A stretch of 64,000 nt of DNA from a virus. The position numbers were made by a program, and so were the translations under genes. The notes beneath the pieces were generated by a model. The model saw nothing but the letters and a program-made list of their open reading frames with translations, was not told where the DNA came from and ran no database searches. The stretch is taken from the IMG/VR virus record IMGVR_UViG_3300045988_111115, positions 14,419 to 78,418 of that record; one strand, 5' to 3'. Below are positions 20,301 to 31,000 of the stretch, in pieces (the stretch's first letter is position 1; every line of letters begins with the position of its first letter).

Positions 20301-22301
20301 CTTGCAGATTGCTTTGTAAATAATGCACCTATGATTATAACAGGTATTGCCACTGCTTTTACTGCGGTAACACAAAGTATTGATACTTTATTGCCTACTC
20401 TGATGTCAGCAGGTGCTCAAATTATCGCCGCTTTGGTAAATGGCTTAGCACAAAACTCATCTGCATTAATATCAGGAGCAGTACAAGTAATTCAAGCATT
20501 GATACAAGGACTTTCTACTTCCGCACCTATACTTTTAAGTGCAGGACTAAATCTTATCTTGCAACTTGGTAATGGTATTATGAGCAATCTACCGTTATTG
20601 TTAAATATGGCTATGCAGTTAGTATTGATGTTTGTAGAGGGTATTATGTCGGCACTACCTCAACTACTTGCAGTAGGTTTAAGTCTACTAATGCAATTAG
20701 TACAAGGTATTGTATCTGCTTTACCTCAACTAATTACAACCGCTATGCAGTTGATACCTGTAATTATAAACGGAATACTACAAGTACTTCCGCAGTTAAT
20801 TATGGCAGGTGTACAGATAATTATGTACTTAATTATGGGTATAGTACAATGCCTACCTCAAATTATGGCACAAGCTATGGCTCTTATACCTATCATAGTG
20901 AACTCTATTATTTCTATGCTTCCACAGCTTGTTGATGCAGGTATTCAGATACTTCTTATGTTAATAAAGGGTATTATTGAAATGTTACCTATTATGTATC
21001 GAACCACAGGTGAGATGTTTAAAGGTCTCTTTAATGCCATACGACATATTAATTGGTTAAAGTTAGGCATAAATATCATAAAGAATATCATAAATGGTAT
21101 TCTAAGTATGGGTAAAGGTTTAGTAGATATAATCAAAGGTCTTATCACAGGTAAAGGTATAGATTTTTCTTCTGAGGGTCAACAAGCAGGTAATTCTTAT
21201 ACCTCGGGTATTGAGAGTAGTGTATTTAACTTTGAAATGCCACAAATGGACGCACCTGGTTTAGACACAACAGGAGCAAAGAATACCTTAGCAAGTTTCA
21301 CTACTGATGTAGAAAGTACTGCACAATACGCAAATGAGACTTTAGGTGGAATACAAGTACCTAATTTTGAGACAGACGTAGAAGTAAACGGTACTGATAA
21401 TGCTTCTGGGGTTATGGATAATATAGAACAGAAAGCAGGTACACTAAATGGTGTACAATGCAACCTTGAATTTAAAGCGGTAGACAGTGCTACACCTGTT
21501 ATGGATAATGTAACGGCTACTGCAAATGCTGTTTCAGGTACTTCTACAAATGTAAATGTAAATGCCAATGACAACGCTTCGGGAGTTGTAACAGGAGTAC
21601 AAAGTGCAGTATCAGGAGTTCCTGCTGAGCATACTACAGACCTAAAAGCCACAGATAATGCAAGCGGAGCGTGCAGTAATGTTACAGCTAAGGTAAATGC
21701 CATACCGAGAACACATACTACTATTTTAAGGGCTACAGATAGGGCTTCAACCTCTATTAATAAAGTTAAGTCGTTACTTAACAACTTACCAAAAACTAAG
21801 ACTATTACTTTAAATGTACAACAGAATGGTACAATTCCTCATAATGCTACAGGTACTAACAACTTTGTCGGAGGTATGACTTGGGTAAATGAACAAGGTG
21901 GTGAGTTGATTGACCTACCTAAAGGTACTACAATCATTCCGCACGACAAGAGTATCACTGAAGCAATGAACAGAGGTATGCAAATGGGGGCAGACGCACT
22001 TAAAGGATATATTGCTAATGACAATAACACAGAGCCTATAGTTCCTGCCACTATTGCAGTTAATCAATCACAGGATATAAGACAACTTGCAAGAGCAATG
22101 GCTTCTGATAACAGTAATGCAAACGCAAGTCAAGGCAGTCCATCAAATACATATGATTACAGTGTTACTTTTGCACAAGGTAGCATAGTAATTCAAGCAC
22201 CACAAGGTGGTAATGTAGCTGACTACAAAGAGATTGCGGAATACATTATGAAGTATGCAGAGCGTACACAGCAGAAGAAAGCTATGGCAATGAGAAGCTA
22301 A
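17310..22301 (+). CDS. tail tape measure protein
   Basis: 1663 aa protein rich in Ala and Gly, with repetitive hydrophobic helical segments. GTG start after GAGGGGAGG. Confidence 0.85.
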   Translation: MSQVFGLGLVLNFTDNATAGISATAQAFTGLTESLSAKTTTQAITGIANTAESVGSSLTKSITAPLGGMVTMLAKAGFSRATFVQQAQFAFQSLMGGAKEASSYMQELMDFAKKTPFRYETITNGAQSLISYGVEAKKVIPVMTAVGDAMGGMGKTQNDMAGVIDVLSRINAEGSVSALRLRQLAMKGIQADKIIGNMHGIQTMEKAQEYVKKMDASQFLDDLTKGLEEGTNGVLGMTAAFQGMMSNMKNTWAGAVDTFKSSITNAGLELMGMYQDENGLTQYTNLDKMTRSLNNIGTAAKAIAPLFKPMVDTIFSGMEKASEKIRDFAQSLQGIYNTAVAWKQLKEGTITAEQFANATWGASNVVHSMIEKFKTLNEEFNGVPAKIAEMIPNILGIATALGPVLLIVGKLGGIPLIANLIGSAFDVLTGKVLFDLVPAVKDFGTTLVQAKGDFAKSIQGFKQAAQGFMEIGSVAGSGMKLVGSAVSSLSSSTLKPALSATVQFGKNVGKALKTTFTSVIPELASGAWNNVLNIFDTIAPKVSNKLSALGTVIKTGMSNAFKGLRQKSAGFNAMIDFFSETKTAVPVIFDALKTIISYKMQSIGEAISNVVNGIKSKISPIFSTIGSTVSKAFSTVVNIMSTVGDKIGSAVGNIVPKISNTTSKIGEVFRVLGSAVANSSFVTSAKGVFAKIGETISSGASKIGSAVSTVKEATTTQFDGFGGEIKSKFASAFSGVTSGVAERLSPIKDKVGTALSGMVSRVSSNMSVFNSVLSSKFNQAKEPPYEWAEGVSEYVQKSFDLTKGTDIATAVERGWLKLKDTTSETTEDMSSKFTGASGKIMSALLKAGSGGAKALSGLAKGAVFATKGLATVAKGVGKLTVATAKVGAKMAVGSLAIAGFFGAVAMGRKDVGEMTNDISNKMTAFTNGITNVMPQLTSMITSLTTQFASQAPQMIAGISTAVSQLCSALPQVFNQLVSLIPTILPQITQVAVQLVQGLADCFVNNAPMIITGIATAFTAVTQSIDTLLPTLMSAGAQIIAALVNGLAQNSSALISGAVQVIQALIQGLSTSAPILLSAGLNLILQLGNGIMSNLPLLLNMAMQLVLMFVEGIMSALPQLLAVGLSLLMQLVQGIVSALPQLITTAMQLIPVIINGILQVLPQLIMAGVQIIMYLIMGIVQCLPQIMAQAMALIPIIVNSIISMLPQLVDAGIQILLMLIKGIIEMLPIMYRTTGEMFKGLFNAIRHINWLKLGINIIKNIINGILSMGKGLVDIIKGLITGKGIDFSSEGQQAGNSYTSGIESSVFNFEMPQMDAPGLDTTGAKNTLASFTTDVESTAQYANETLGGIQVPNFETDVEVNGTDNASGVMDNIEQKAGTLNGVQCNLEFKAVDSATPVMDNVTATANAVSGTSTNVNVNANDNASGVVTGVQSAVSGVPAEHTTDLKATDNASGACSNVTAKVNAIPRTHTTILRATDRASTSINKVKSLLNNLPKTKTITLNVQQNGTIPHNATGTNNFVGGMTWVNEQGGELIDLPKGTTIIPHDKSITEAMNRGMQMGADALKGYIANDNNTEPIVPATIAVNQSQDIRQLARAMASDNSNANASQGSPSNTYDYSVTFAQGSIVIQAPQGGNVADYKEIAEYIMKYAERTQQKKAMAMRS

Positions 22302-22321
22302 TCTAAGAAAGGAGAGATACT

Positions 22322-23023
22322 ATGGCTGAGATACCTTATTTACAACGTAGTGATGTTTGGACCTTTCGTAGTGATATTCCTGATAGCATTTGGAACAAAA
22401 TGCAAGAGTTACGCAATCAAGTGGGTTTAGACCCTCTTGAAGTAGGTGTAGGTGGTTGTGTTATTGTAGATAAACCCTCTACTGTTTCTTGGAACTCGGA
22501 AGTATGGGAAAATGCCTATGCTAATCAGGAGACTAACTATAATAACTTTTGGAACGAAGCACGTAAAACAGACCCTTTACAGTTCAGTAAAGCACAGTAT
22601 CACGGTTTTATTAAAAACCTTAATACACAAGAGATACGCAGATTTCAATTTAACCCCGAAAAACTTGAATATTCAAGAGGGGTTACTTACTCTGACAGTA
22701 TATCACCTGGTATGGCTTACCCTGAAACACAGTTTAGTCACGGCAATATCCGAGAGTTTGAAACTGAGTTATTTATGTATGACCCTTATTGTACAGGTCT
22801 TATTAAAGAGTATATGTGCTTCTTAGGTACTTTGCTTACACCTGAAACCAATGTTCCGAACTATTCAAGACCCCCTGAACTACTGTTCTACTTTGGTTAC
22901 TTTATAAGAAGATGTGTACTTACTAAGCTAAACATCTCTAATGAGTGGTTAGACGAGCAAGGTACACCTCTTATGACCCGTTTTCAGTTGACACTCAGAC
23001 AAGTAGGAGTTGATGAATTATGA
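22322..23023 (+). CDS. tail/baseplate protein (hypothetical)
   Basis: Immediately after the tape measure gene. Confidence 0.4.
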   Translation: MAEIPYLQRSDVWTFRSDIPDSIWNKMQELRNQVGLDPLEVGVGGCVIVDKPSTVSWNSEVWENAYANQETNYNNFWNEARKTDPLQFSKAQYHGFIKNLNTQEIRRFQFNPEKLEYSRGVTYSDSISPGMAYPETQFSHGNIREFETELFMYDPYCTGLIKEYMCFLGTLLTPETNVPNYSRPPELLFYFGYFIRRCVLTKLNISNEWLDEQGTPLMTRFQLTLRQVGVDEL

Positions 23024-23313
23024 GTATATATAAACACAGTAGGTACACAGAGACCTCCGCTTTTTATAGCGGAGGTACTGTACTTACTTTCAACAGAAGA
23101 AAGAGACTTAACTTTAGTAATGCTAAAGGAGTATATTATACTTGGGGAGAGTATGATACTACAGATACTATTGCGTACAATAACTATGGCAGTTCCAAGC
23201 TATGGTGGGTTATCTTAGACGCTAACCCTCAGTACCAAACAGAACTTGATATAAAAGTCGGGGATACGGTATTTATCCCTGACAGAATGGAGGTATCAAA
23301 CGTCTATGGCTGA
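23020..23313 (+). CDS. tail protein X-like (LysM-like domain)
   Basis: LysM-like segment YTWGEYDTTDTIAYNNYG...IKVGDTVFIP. Confidence 0.45.
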   Translation: MSIYKHSRYTETSAFYSGGTVLTFNRRKRLNFSNAKGVYYTWGEYDTTDTIAYNNYGSSKLWWVILDANPQYQTELDIKVGDTVFIPDRMEVSNVYG

Positions 23314-24715
23314 GGAATTTGACAATAGAGAAACCTTTAATGCTTGGATAGCCTTTAGTATAAACGGTCAAGATGTAGGTTTTGAACGTAAGAAAGCCAT
23401 AAAGAGCATAGAAATAGATGAAGTTGTAGACGGTTTTGATACTTGTACTATTAACATTGAAGACCCCGATATGCTTTATATTTCCGACGACTTGTACTTA
23501 GAAGACGTGCCAATGGGAATTGACTTAGGTTTTCATAACGGAACACCTTATAAAGTCAATTTCTATGGTTATATCTCTTCTATAGACATAGAGTTTGGGG
23601 AGGACGGTATACCTAAGATTGAGTTGTACTGTATAGATAAGTCACACTTGATGAATAGAGTTAAAAACTCTCGTTCTTGGGAGAATAAGACCTCTAAGCA
23701 GTTAGTGGAGTACTTTGCTAATGAATATGGCTTTAAGTGCATAGTAGAGGAAGATTACCCTTTTAATGTTAAAGAGACACTAAGCCAAAGTAACCAAACT
23801 GATATTGAATTTTTACAGAACTTGGCGAAAGACGAAGTACAACCCTTTGTATGTAAGCTAATCGGAGACACTCTGTATTACGTCAAAAAAGGACTTTTGT
23901 CTACCCCTGTACGTTCTTTAAGCTACAAGCAATATCCTTATGAGATACGGAGTTTTAAACCTCAAATAAACAAAGAGACAAAAGAGTTAGAGACTAAGTA
24001 TGCAAATTTAACCTCTAACAAGACTATAGACATAGGACTTGCAGATAACATAAACACTTCAAGAGATGTGCAGGGTTATCCTGTTAGTACTTCTGATGTA
24101 CCTTTTGGAGCAGTTGCCTACAATGAAGACAGAAGAAACCCAAAGTCTAAGGATAAGAACTCAGATAGTCAACAGCAAGCGGATAAACAAATGATTGAAC
24201 TTGAACTTACTACCCTTACAGGTGAAGTACAGTTAAGAGCCTTTCCGAACTTACTACAACTTAAACCCTTTCAGACTGTGATTATCAATGGTATAGGAAA
24301 GTACCTATCAGGACTATACTTTATAACCAATGTAAAGCGTTCTTTAAACAGTGAGGGTTTTAGTGAAAGCATAAGTGTACTAAAGAATGGTTTTGGAGAT
24401 AGCTTGAAGTTAGCAGATAGCCAACTAAAATTACAATCTCCCGAAGATGAGCCACTACAGGTTTCAGCTTCACAACCTATTCAATTAGGTACTACAGTTC
24501 GTGTTTGTGACCTAACTGCAAAATGGGGAGGAGATGAAGACGGAGTTATAGTTCCTGCTTGGGTAAAGACAGAGACTATGACTGTACAAGAGATGAACGG
24601 TGACTTGTGTTTGTTAATGCCAATAGATAAATGGATACACATAAGTTATCTTGTTTATGAGCCTGACAGTCCTTATAAAGTTTTAGACGAATGGACTGAA
24701 ACATCATCAAATTAG
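23306..24715 (+). CDS. baseplate hub / late control gene D-like protein
   Basis: Size and position match the P2-like order X-D-V-W-J-I. Confidence 0.5.
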   Translation: MAEEFDNRETFNAWIAFSINGQDVGFERKKAIKSIEIDEVVDGFDTCTINIEDPDMLYISDDLYLEDVPMGIDLGFHNGTPYKVNFYGYISSIDIEFGEDGIPKIELYCIDKSHLMNRVKNSRSWENKTSKQLVEYFANEYGFKCIVEEDYPFNVKETLSQSNQTDIEFLQNLAKDEVQPFVCKLIGDTLYYVKKGLLSTPVRSLSYKQYPYEIRSFKPQINKETKELETKYANLTSNKTIDIGLADNINTSRDVQGYPVSTSDVPFGAVAYNEDRRNPKSKDKNSDSQQQADKQMIELELTTLTGEVQLRAFPNLLQLKPFQTVIINGIGKYLSGLYFITNVKRSLNSEGFSESISVLKNGFGDSLKLADSQLKLQSPEDEPLQVSASQPIQLGTTVRVCDLTAKWGGDEDGVIVPAWVKTETMTVQEMNGDLCLLMPIDKWIHISYLVYEPDSPYKVLDEWTETSSN

Positions 24716-24725
24716 GAGGTAAAGA

Positions 24726-25184
24726 ATGAAGAATACAGATTTAATGGGTAAGTTTCGTGCTAAGGTAGTAAATATAAATGACCCAAATAGACAAGGCAGA
24801 ATTAAAGTGTCTTGTCCTCGTGTTTTATTTGAAGCTACAAGTGCTTGGTGCTTACCTTGTATTCCTTGTGCTACTGACGGTGTAGGAGATTACTTTCTCC
24901 CGAAAGTCGGAGATAGTGTATGGATTGAATTTGAAGAGGGGGACATCTCTAAGCCTATTTGGAGTGGAGGTTGGTACTCTGAAAATCAAATTCCTATTTC
25001 AGCACAAGAAAGGGTTGACCTGAAAAGAGTAATAACGTATAATGGAAGTACCATAGAACTATCAGAGGGAGCAGTGAGTATTAGTAGTACTTCTACTGTC
25101 AATCTAAAAGTAGGTAGTAGTACTCTTTCTTTAGATAGTGGTAGACTATCCAAACTTAAACGCTTGATAGATAGAGCTGATTAG
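24726..25184 (+). CDS. baseplate spike, gpV/gp5 OB-fold-like
   Basis: 152 aa ORF carrying GRIKVSCPRV. Confidence 0.45.
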   Translation: MKNTDLMGKFRAKVVNINDPNRQGRIKVSCPRVLFEATSAWCLPCIPCATDGVGDYFLPKVGDSVWIEFEEGDISKPIWSGGWYSENQIPISAQERVDLKRVITYNGSTIELSEGAVSISSTSTVNLKVGSSTLSLDSGRLSKLKRLIDRAD

Positions 25185-25186
25185 AG

Positions 25187-25597
25187 GTGATTTATATGCA
25201 AGCTACATCTTCTCTAATGGGAATTAGCTTTCCCTTTAGAATATCCAACTCAGGTGGTGTTGCAACGTCTACTGTAAGTACTGTAGATATTTCGCACATC
25301 ATAGAGAAAATTAAAATAGTCCTTACTACATATGTAGGAGACAGAACTATGGAACAAGGTTACTGTTCACAAGTAGATACACTTGTATTTAAGGACAATG
25401 AAACTGCAACGCATACTTTACTTGAATACCACGTTGAAAATGCTTTAAGGCAGTTACAGGACGTTATATCTGTATCTTCTGTAAGGGCACACGGAGAGGG
25501 AGAGTATATGTATGTTGACATCAAATTTAAACTCTTAGAATACGACAGAGTTTATTCTCTAAGTAATGTAAAGGTAGGTGAAATAACGAATGAGTAA
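25187..25597 (+). CDS. baseplate wedge protein gpW/gp25-like
   Basis: 136 aa ORF with a GISFPFRI N-terminus, located before the J-like gene. Confidence 0.45.
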   Translation: MIYMQATSSLMGISFPFRISNSGGVATSTVSTVDISHIIEKIKIVLTTYVGDRTMEQGYCSQVDTLVFKDNETATHTLLEYHVENALRQLQDVISVSSVRAHGEGEYMYVDIKFKLLEYDRVYSLSNVKVGEITNE

Positions 25598-27290
25598 ACC
25601 TGTAATTGATTATACTAATGTAGACTATGACGGATTTAAAAAAATGATGATAGAGGGTCTTAAGGACACAATGCCTGAGTATACAGACACCTCTGAAACC
25701 GACCCTGGCATTATTATCATTGAATTACTTGCAAGAGGTCTTGATATTATTAATCATTATCAAAATGTACAAGCTAATGAGTGTTACTTATCCACCGCCG
25801 AAAGAAGAGAAAACGTAAATACTTGGTGTGATATGCTTGGCTATATCCCTAAAGTTCCGACCCCTGCAATACATACAGAGGTCATTGCTATTTCCGACTT
25901 AAACACACAGATTGAAAAGTTTACATCTGTACAAACCAAAGCGGCAGATAGCATAACACAACCTATTTACTTTTCTACTTTGGACGACCTAATTCAAAAG
26001 AACAGTGAGGGTAAGTACACTAACCTTTTAGGATATGAACTTTCTGATGGCAGTATTGTAGATACCCTAAAAGACTTACCAGAGGACGACACTCGAACAG
26101 TTAAGAACTACTTGTTTTTAGTGCCCGTAGTAGAGGGAAGCAGAATAAATGATGAGCAGTTAGGGTTAAGTGACGGTACTGAAAATCAAGAATTTGTTTT
26201 GAATAACTCACCTGCTTACATTGATGAGTATGACGATAACTTAAATAGTATCGGAGGTAACTTACTTGAAGTATCAGTCTCAAATAGTGATGGTAGTGCC
26301 GAATATTGGTTTAGAGTAGACAACTTTATGAACAGTGGTAGTGATGATAAACACTATATAGCAAGAGTACTTGAAAATAACAGTGTTCAAATTATATTCG
26401 GTGATAATAAGTTTGGTAAGATACCACCTGCAAACAGTGTTATAAGAGCGTCTTACATCAATGGTGGAGGTACTAAAGGTAATGTAGGTAAGTTTACTAT
26501 TACTGAAATGACTTCGGCAGTAAGTACTGTATCTTATCTGTACAACCTTGAACAAGGTTCTGAACATAGCTTTTATAAGGGCAGAAGTACTAAGTATGCC
26601 GATAGATTAGGTACTAATACCGAGACTATACAAAGCATACGCAGAAATGCACCAACACACTTTAGAACTTTGTGGGGTTGTATCTCTGTAGAGGACTATT
26701 CAGCAAAGCTATTAGAGTTATTTACTCAGGTAGAATTTGCAGATAGTATAAAAACACCTTTAACAGATACAGAAGATGATAACCCTATTGACGGAGTTGA
26801 CGTTTACTTTGTGGTAAGAAACACCGAGACACAACTACTTGAAGAGGGTCTTACTGCTTTATCTGCTACTGCACTTCAACAGGTAAGAAGTATGTATGAA
26901 GAGCGACAGCTTGTAGGTACTCACGTAAACCTTAAGAAGACTACTTTCTTACCTCTTAACATCACCGCCGAAATGTATACCTTTGAGGGAATGGCAGATA
27001 CAGAGGAAGACAAAGCAATATTCCAACAAACCGTCACAGAGGTTAAAGAATACCTGAACTACTACTTTAACAAAGCAGGTAAGTTTGATTATACAACCAC
27101 AGCTTCAATTATTGATATAGAAGCGGACGTAGTAAAGAATATTGATAACGTAAGGTCTTTCCGTATAAGGTCTGTAACACTGCCAAATGACCTTAAAGCA
27201 CTACAAACGTGGGAGACTGATGATGTAATCATACCTTGTAAACACGGACAGATTATAAGCCTAAGTGATGTTTCAGTATCGAGGAGGTAA
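25590..27290 (+). CDS. baseplate J-like protein
   Basis: 566 aa ORF in the J position. Confidence 0.5.
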   Translation: MSKPVIDYTNVDYDGFKKMMIEGLKDTMPEYTDTSETDPGIIIIELLARGLDIINHYQNVQANECYLSTAERRENVNTWCDMLGYIPKVPTPAIHTEVIAISDLNTQIEKFTSVQTKAADSITQPIYFSTLDDLIQKNSEGKYTNLLGYELSDGSIVDTLKDLPEDDTRTVKNYLFLVPVVEGSRINDEQLGLSDGTENQEFVLNNSPAYIDEYDDNLNSIGGNLLEVSVSNSDGSAEYWFRVDNFMNSGSDDKHYIARVLENNSVQIIFGDNKFGKIPPANSVIRASYINGGGTKGNVGKFTITEMTSAVSTVSYLYNLEQGSEHSFYKGRSTKYADRLGTNTETIQSIRRNAPTHFRTLWGCISVEDYSAKLLELFTQVEFADSIKTPLTDTEDDNPIDGVDVYFVVRNTETQLLEEGLTALSATALQQVRSMYEERQLVGTHVNLKKTTFLPLNITAEMYTFEGMADTEEDKAIFQQTVTEVKEYLNYYFNKAGKFDYTTTASIIDIEADVVKNIDNVRSFRIRSVTLPNDLKALQTWETDDVIIPCKHGQIISLSDVSVSRR

Positions 27291-27296
27291 TGAGTA

Positions 27297-28025
27297 ATGA
27301 TAACTGCTAAACAGTTTATAGATTATTTGTATTACAAGTGCTTACCTACTGAATGGACGTCACAAGATATGAATATCTACCCTGTAGCACCTTTCTATAG
27401 GTACTTACAGGCTCTTGTTGGTTATAGCTACAAAGACCCTTACACTGATGAAGAGGGTAATCTTATAACTCAACACATAGGAGGTTTTGAGCAAGTAATC
27501 AATAAGGCAAATGAATTTAATAGCTTGATAGACCCTGATACTTGCCCTTATGAATTTTTTCCTTACCTTTATCAAAGTTTTGGATTGAACTATGATAAAG
27601 TCATAGAGACAAAGACAACAGACGATGGAGAGACAATACCTATCTACTATCACCGAAAGTTCTTAAAGAACATAGGTGAATTGATGAAACGTAGAGGTAC
27701 TATGTCAGGACTGAGATACCTTGTAAGAGTACTTACAGGGTTAGACTTTGTTTATACCTATGAACGTAAAGAAAACGGAAGATTTCTACATATAAACCTA
27801 CAGTTAAAGTCCATACAAGATAAAGCACTTAGTGAAGAGTACCTAAAGGTACTTGAACACTTTTTAACTTTGGTACTTCCGCACTATATACACTTTGAAA
27901 TAGGGTCAAGTATCGCTTACAGTGGTATCTTTATTAACAAGCTATTAAGACCAACAACAACTTACACAGTAGAATATAACTTAAAGTCTGTAGATATGGA
28001 CGCAGACATAGAAAAGGAGGAATAA
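27297..28025 (+). CDS. tail protein I-like (baseplate)
   Basis: 242 aa ORF after the J-like gene. Confidence 0.4.
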   Translation: MITAKQFIDYLYYKCLPTEWTSQDMNIYPVAPFYRYLQALVGYSYKDPYTDEEGNLITQHIGGFEQVINKANEFNSLIDPDTCPYEFFPYLYQSFGLNYDKVIETKTTDDGETIPIYYHRKFLKNIGELMKRRGTMSGLRYLVRVLTGLDFVYTYERKENGRFLHINLQLKSIQDKALSEEYLKVLEHFLTLVLPHYIHFEIGSSIAYSGIFINKLLRPTTTYTVEYNLKSVDMDADIEKEE

Positions 28026-28027
28026 CT

Positions 28028-31000
28028 TTGGCTACTTGGGAGAACAGATACATAACATTACAAGGACAAGAAATAATCAATAAAGTTGCTACAGGTAAAG
28101 GTAAGATTAAGATTACTCGTGTAACAACAAGTAGTGAGTGGTTTCCGTCAGGTACTGACCTTATCACTGTCACCAAACTTAAACACGAAATGCAAGACTT
28201 TGGTGGTATCGGAGGTGTTAGTTGGAAGAAAGCACCTGTCAACGAAGACAACCCTAACAATACCGCTTATGTTATTGAAGCACAACTTGACAACACAGTC
28301 CCACTTAAAGAGACCAACAGCAAAGGTAATGTTTTAGACAATACGGAGGGTTATAGTCTAAGACAAATCGGTGTGTTCTGTAAGTACATCAATGACGAAA
28401 ATGTAGAGGGTGATGAAGTACTTATGTTATTTGTTGAGCCTTTGCATACAGACGCTAATACTGACTATGTACCACCGGATAGCTACCCAATACTTATGAC
28501 CTATTCTTTGCAGTTTAACCTGTTCCAAGAGTTAGGTGATGGTGACGTATTTGTCCAAATGGAAAACTCAGGTGTAGTTACAAAGACCGAAAGAGACAAA
28601 GACCTTGCTAACCTAAAGACGAATAACAAGAATAGCTATTCCGAAGCTATTAATGAAGTTCACAAGGAAAGAGACGACTTAGAAGAAAAGACTAATGGTC
28701 TTATAGGAACTATAAACAAAGCGTTTAAGTGGAGAGGTAACTGTACAAGCACAGATGATTTAAACACATTTATAACATCTGAACACATAGGTTTTTGGGG
28801 TGTACCAAGTAAAAATACTGCCCCTCAAAACTTGCCTGATATTACAGAGGGTACAAACCTTAACTTAACACTTCTAATTTGGGGCAATTCTGATGATGAA
28901 AGTAGCAACATTGTACAAGAGGTGTACTCTACAAATACAAGTGCTGTATATCGTAGGTATTATAAACGTACCTCAAGTACATTTACGTCTTGGAATAGAC
29001 ATAAAGGATTGTTACTCGACCAATTTGCTTTATGGGCTGATAAGGCTACTGCTCTTTCAGAAGACCATATTCCGACTTTTACACCTGACGGTGAATTAAG
29101 AAGTACAGATATAGAGTTCTCCTCTTTAACTTCAAGATTTAGAGGAGTATGGAACAGCAACAGAAAACTCGAAGAAGCTACCATAGCAGACTTAGGTACT
29201 TGGATAATAAGTGATGAAAGTGGTCCTACTGATATGCCTTTGAGTAAACATAACACAGAAGATTGCATACTTATCATACGAGGTGACACCACAAGTAAAA
29301 ATGGTATGATACAAGAGGTGTTTAACACTTATGATGAGCATAGGTGTTATAGAACTTATGATAGAAACAACGGTTGGAGTTTTTGGAGATATGCTATTAC
29401 TTCTTATGTAACAGACGAAGAAACAAGTGGTATACTAAAAGGCTATACCCTTACTCATACGGGAGATACTGCGGACGTAGAATGGCAAGCCCCACCTTTT
29501 GCAGTATGTACTACTGAGGGTAATGTTGCAGAAAAAACAGTCTCTGTTCCAGGCTTTAAATTAGTTGACGGAGCAAGAATAGTAGTCCGATTTAGGTATA
29601 AACACCTAATAAATTCAAGAGCCTACTTAAATGTATCAAATACGGGAAGTAAATCTATATTTCTTTCAAGCACTTGGAGTACTGCTTACGCTGTAGACAG
29701 TACAAATACTTGGGACGAGGGAGAAATGGTAGAGTTAGTATTTTATGATGGCTTTTGGTATGCAGTTGCTTCAAGTTTAAGCTTTACCCTAAATAATACA
29801 CTACCTAAAATTACCCCTACAACTACCCTTGCTACTATATCTCAGGGAGAAGGACATCACACTATGTTAGGTAAAATACAAAAGGCTATAAGTAGCCTTA
29901 TATCCCACCTAAGAGACACAACTAATCCCCATAGTGTTACAAAAGAACAAGTGGGATTGAGGTATGTACCAAATGTAGCAACAAACGACCAACAACCAAC
30001 ATTTACAGAGGAAAGCACACGAACCAATATAGTAAGCGGAGAAAAGCTGAGTGTATTGTTCGGAAAGATTAAAAAGTGGTTTTCTGATTTAAAGACGGTA
30101 GCATTTACAGGTTCATATACTGACTTATCAAACAAACCAACGTCAATGCAAAATCCTTATTCTTTAACACTAACAATGAATAGTTCAGGAGCAACTTATA
30201 ATGGTGGGTCTTCTGCAAGTTTTGCGTGGTATGCACCAACGAGTGGGGGAACAGCAGGGTATAATTTGATTAGTAATGGTAGTGGTGCTCCTGTATGGCA
30301 ACAACCACCTTATGCGGTATGTAGCACATCATCAGGAACAGGTGCAAAAACTGTTTCTATAACAAATTTTAAATTAGTTACAGGCACAAGAGTTTCTGTG
30401 AAATTTTCAAATAAAACAAGTACAACACCTACACTCAACGTAAGCAGTACAGGAGCAAAAGAAATAAAATTAGTACAAACGAATGGTACATATGTAAGTG
30501 TTAATAGCTATAATTCGTGGTCGGCAGGAGAAATTGTAGAGCTTATTTATGACGGTACTTACTGGGTGGCAGTTTCATCAAATATGCGTTTTGTTTCAGG
30601 TGCTCAATCTGCAACAGTAATTGTAGGTACAACTTATTCTTCGGGATATTGTGATTATAGATGTGACGGTTCTAATGATGTATCGATAATAAACACTGCT
30701 ATACAGGACGCATATAGTCGTTTGTACAAAAATGACAGCGATTATACAGGTGTAGCGTATCCTAATCTTGGTGTAAAGGTATTTTTTAAAGCCGGAGTAT
30801 ATAAGGTGAATGGTAATATATACACAGGTAATACCGCTTGGGTTTCAAATAATAATTATATAACGTTGGAAGGTGAAAGTGAAAATGCAGTAACTTTTGT
30901 AAAGACAACAGATAATAGTCATAGCCTTATAGATGCGACTGATATAAGTTTTGTATTTAAAAATATTAACTTTCATTTTGCTCAAGTAGCATCAACTGAA

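Noticed and set aside
18314-22051. Several minus-strand ORFs (120-195 aa) inside the tape measure gene
   Set aside because: They are low-complexity mirror-frame artefacts of a repetitive Ala/Gly/Ser-rich gene. They have no RBS and lie antisense to a clearly real CDS.
28134-29328. Small ORFs overlapping the tail fibre gene on both strands
   Set aside because: They are embedded in a long, well-supported CDS and have no RBS, so they are spurious.
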